From positions 41,779 through 105,778 of the forward strand of contig JAJPRD010000003.1 of assembly GCA_023700255.1 (NCBI GenBank): a stretch of 64,000 bases of DNA. Direction: 5' to 3'. Source of the stretch: Candidatus Thalassarchaeaceae archaeon (GTDB lineage Archaea; Thermoplasmatota; Poseidoniia; Poseidoniales; Thalassarchaeaceae). The position numbers and the translations under genes are program-made. The notes beneath the pieces were generated by a model, which was not told the DNA's origin, made no database searches, and saw nothing but the letters and a program-made list of their open reading frames with translations. Of this stretch, positions 61,435 to 64,000 are shown piece after piece (position 1 is the first letter of the stretch; each line of letters begins with the position of its first letter).

Positions 61435-62058
61435 ATGAAGGGTTCTATAGTGCTGTTTGGTCCACCTGGCGCAGGTAAGGGCACACAAGCAAATAGGATA
61501 GTTTCTTTAACTTCTAAACCTCAAGTTTCGACAGGCGATATGCTTAGGCAAGCAGTTTCTTCTGGAAGTGAATTGGGAGTTGCTGCCAGAGCATTTATGG
61601 AAGCCGGTGAACTAGTTCCGGATGACGTTATAATTGGTCTAATAAATCAGAGATTGAAGGAAGAAGATGCATCTTCCGGCGTACTTTTTGATGGTTTTCC
61701 ACGCACAATTGCTCAAGCTGAAGAGTTGTCTAAAATCGCTCAACTTAGTGTAGTGATCTCAATAGAAGTGCCTGATGAGTCAATAGTTGAGAGAATAGTC
61801 GGGAGACGCATGGATCCAGAAACGGGTAATATTTATCACATAAAATTTAACCCCGCGCCTGAGTCGATAGCACATCGTTTAATTCAAAGAAAAGATGATA
61901 ATGAATCTACAGTTAGAACTAGACTCTCTGCGTATCATGAGCAAACCTCACCTCTCGCTAGTTGGTATGAAAGTCAAGGTCTATTAATCAAAATTAATGG
62001 TAATAGGTCAATTAAAAAAGTTGGTGACGACATCATCTCTGAATTATCTGATAAATGA
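61435..62058 (+). CDS. adk: Adenylate kinase (long, bacterial-like type without lid cysteines)
   Basis: 'IVLFGPPGAGKGTQA', 'STGDMLRQAV', 'GELVPDDVIIGLI' and 'GVLFDGFPRTIAQAE'. I chose the start at MKGS (61435). Confidence 0.9.
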   Translation: MKGSIVLFGPPGAGKGTQANRIVSLTSKPQVSTGDMLRQAVSSGSELGVAARAFMEAGELVPDDVIIGLINQRLKEEDASSGVLFDGFPRTIAQAEELSKIAQLSVVISIEVPDESIVERIVGRRMDPETGNIYHIKFNPAPESIAHRLIQRKDDNESTVRTRLSAYHEQTSPLASWYESQGLLIKINGNRSIKKVGDDIISELSDK

Positions 62059-62065
62059 GGTTGAC

Positions 62066-62374
62066 ATGTCTAGAAGAAGATCGAAAGATTTAGTTCGCCG
62101 AAAGACTCGTTCAAAAGAGGCTATTTTGGGTCTTTCTGACATTATTCTAAGTCCGGATGAAAACTCACATCGAGTTAGGGATATTGCAGCCAGAGACGTA
62201 CTTAGGATGAGTAAAAAGCACGGGTTAAGCAATAGGTCGATTTCTCGTATCTTTGTGTGCCGAGCATGTGAATCGGTGATGAGATTTGGAACCGACTCAA
62301 AAGTAAGAATCAAGAATAAATTAATAATTACTACTTGTGAACGATGTAATAAAATAACTCGCCGACCAATATGA
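62066..62374 (+). CDS. rnp4: RNase P protein component 4 (Rpr2/RPP21 family)
   Basis: The N-terminus is basic ('MSRRRSKDLVRRKTRSKEA'), and the zinc ribbon reads 'CRACESVMRFGTDSKVRIKNKLIITTCERCNKITRRPI'. The ATG at 62066 avoids overlap with adk. Confidence 0.7.
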   Translation: MSRRRSKDLVRRKTRSKEAILGLSDIILSPDENSHRVRDIAARDVLRMSKKHGLSNRSISRIFVCRACESVMRFGTDSKVRIKNKLIITTCERCNKITRRPI

Positions 62375-62389
62375 AATGGATGTAATAAT

Positions 62390-62656
62390 ATGAATATACC
62401 TTATGCGATTAAAAAAAATGCTTTAGATAAAAATCTCGAAATTACAATTAGGGTGGGTAAACTTGGTTTGAATGATTCATTAATTGACGAACTAAAACAA
62501 CAATTATTAAGACGTAAATTAGTTAAAATGAAAGTTAATCAAGGTGTAGCACCAAGTGCATCTGATCGGAAAGAGTTATTCGATTCGATCTCATCTGAAT
62601 CTGGTTCTGTTTTAGTCCATCAAAGAGGGAATACTGCTGTGTTCTGGTCAGGTTAA
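62390..62656 (+). CDS. YhbY/CRS1-type RNA-binding protein
   Basis: 88 aa. 'IRVGKLGLNDSLIDELKQQLLRRKLVKMKV' and 'VHQRGNTAVFWS' match the CRS1_YhbY pattern. Confidence 0.7.
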   Translation: MNIPYAIKKNALDKNLEITIRVGKLGLNDSLIDELKQQLLRRKLVKMKVNQGVAPSASDRKELFDSISSESGSVLVHQRGNTAVFWSG

Positions 62657-62724
62657 TGGCGTATATTAATTAAAAACTCTAGTAAGTATTAGATGGAGAG
62701 ATATTTAGAGGTAATACAGTACGG

Positions 62725-64000
62725 ATGTTCATGATAAAGAATGTCCGAGGGCTTTCATCCCGTTCAATTACGTTTTACTTGTCGGCATTCTTTATTTCTG
62801 TCATTTCACCTATATCGGTTTCTGCATCTAGTTCTTCTGAGGGGATCTGGGAACCTGCTGCGATGCCAAGTTGGGCCGTTCCGGTTGCTATATCAATTTT
62901 AATTGGAGTTTACGGATTGATAGTTTTCGAAGTAGTACATAGGGCTCTCGCTGCAGCTCTAGGGGGAATCGCAGCAGTAGTTTCTCTCCATGTAGTCGGG
63001 GATGGACCAGACCTTATGGTAATCATGACTTGGATTGATTGGGAAACTATTGGATTACTTATCGGAATGATGGTGATGGTCGATATTCTTTCAAAAACAG
63101 GACTTTTCGAGTGGGCAGCAGTTCAGGCATATGCTCAGAGTGGTGGGTCTATTTGGCGTTTAACATTTATTTTATGTATTATAACTGCTTTATTCTCAGC
63201 ATTACTGGATAACGTAACTACTATTTTATTGATAGTTCCAGTGACAATTCAGATTTGTAAAGTTCTAGATTTACAGCCGGTTCCATTAATTATTGCTGAA
63301 GTTATGTTTTCTAATATAGGAGGTGCTGCTACGCAGATTGGAGATCCACCAAATATTATTATTGGTGCTCAACTATCAGCTCAGAGTCTAGATGGTACCA
63401 GCCTTATGGGGCAAGGGATAGGGTTTAGTGATTTTATAATTCATGTAGCTCCTGCTGTGTTGATAGCAATGATACCTGCTTTTTGGCTATTGAGGATAAT
63501 AGAGAAACCTGGGCTCTCAGGTAATAGGAGAAGGAATGTAGACTTATTGAGGATTCAATATGGCATAAAAGATGCAGCACTACTTAAGAAATCAGGAGCG
63601 ATTTTGATTGGAGTTATCTTACTATTTTTCGTCCATTCTGCAATCCCACATCCATTACTTTCTGTTGCTACTATAGCTCTCGGTGGTGCTGTTTTGATGC
63701 TTCTAGTGACTTCCCCTCATCGTGTAGAGGAACAATTAGATGCAGTGGAATGGACTACAATAATATTCTTTGCAGGATTATTTATAATGATCCATGGTCT
63801 TGAATACATGGGTCTTATTGAAATGATAGCAGATTTGATTACAGATACTATATTTAAAGCATCAGAAGAGAATCGGCTAATGGTAGCAATACTTCTTTTA
63901 CTTTGGGTTTCAGCTATAGCATCAGCATTCATTGATAATATTCCTTATACAGCTACTATGGTGCCTGTAGTGATAGAACTGGCTTCTAATGAAGCGCTTG
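62725..64000 (+). CDS. ArsB/NhaD-superfamily anion permease (YbiR/P-protein-like), 3'-truncated by the window edge
   Basis: This ORF is absent from the ORF track because no stop is reached. My hand translation from the ATG at 62725 stays open to 64000. It gives 'LLDNVTTILLIVPVTIQICKVLDLQPVPLIIAEVMFSNIGGAATQIGDPPNIIIG' and 'VEWTTIIFFAGLFIMIHGLEYMGL...AFIDNIPYTATMVPV', typical of this permease family. Confidence 0.75.
   Translation, partial: MFMIKNVRGLSSRSITFYLSAFFISVISPISVSASSSSEGIWEPAAMPSWAVPVAISILIGVYGLIVFEVVHRALAAALGGIAAVVSLHVVGDGPDLMVIMTWIDWETIGLLIGMMVMVDILSKTGLFEWAAVQAYAQSGGSIWRLTFILCIITALFSALLDNVTTILLIVPVTIQICKVLDLQPVPLIIAEVMFSNIGGAATQIGDPPNIIIGAQLSAQSLDGTSLMGQGIGFSDFIIHVAPAVLIAMIPAFWLLRIIEKPGLSGNRRRNVDLLRIQYGIKDAALLKKSGAILIGVILLFFVHSAIPHPLLSVATIALGGAVLMLLVTSPHRVEEQLDAVEWTTIIFFAGLFIMIHGLEYMGLIEMIADLITDTIFKASEENRLMVAILLLLWVSAIASAFIDNIPYTATMVPVVIELASNEAL

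Noticed and set aside
1-64000. A search for CRISPR arrays, rRNA or tRNA genes, transposases or integrases, prophage genes, reverse transcriptases and known defence or toxin-antitoxin modules.
   Set aside because: No non-coding gap exceeds about 175 bp. There are no regularly spaced 25-40-bp repeats and no recognisable recombinase, RT or nuclease-defence motifs in any ORF. I therefore report none, with the caveat that this was a scan by eye.

Overview
The window is visibly AT-rich (composition not computed) and almost entirely coding, and it comes from an archaeon. Archaeal identity rests on motifs I can read directly:
- CDP-archaeol synthase, archease and an STT3/AglB oligosaccharyltransferase with WWDYG
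- an ArcS-like DUF5591+PUA protein and RNase P Rpr2
- type-II GAPDH, S13e-type ribosomal protein S15, and archaeal PheT and GluRS

Together with several thrombospondin-type-3 (TSP3) megaproteins, this suggests a planktonic euryarchaeote of the Marine Group II/Poseidoniales kind. That placement is inference only.

I call 36 CDS, including one 3'-truncated permease that the ORF track omits. I also call a few Shine-Dalgarno, hairpin and direct-repeat elements. I recognised no rRNA, tRNA, CRISPR array, transposase, integrase or phage gene.

The dominant feature is envelope biology. Ten genes, about 58% of the bases, encode secreted or membrane-anchored proteins, and five of them are 1,015-3,174 aa long.

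The best candidate for an undescribed system is the locus at 9.9-34.3 kb, which contains in order:
- a 3,174-aa protein fusing an extra polytopic membrane module, an AglB/STT3 core, about 1,800 aa of beta-sandwich modules and a second C-terminal anchor
- an overlapping, probably translationally coupled, membrane subtilase
- a 1,401-aa beta-helix/Ig-like surface protein
- a wHTH-AAA-TPR (STAND-like) regulator
- an MBL hydrolase
- a 1,906-aa TSP3/beta-propeller megaprotein led by a perfect 10-nt Shine-Dalgarno

All domain calls come from motif recognition by eye. No HMM, BLAST, structure or statistics could be run, and coordinates of sub-gene regions are approximate.
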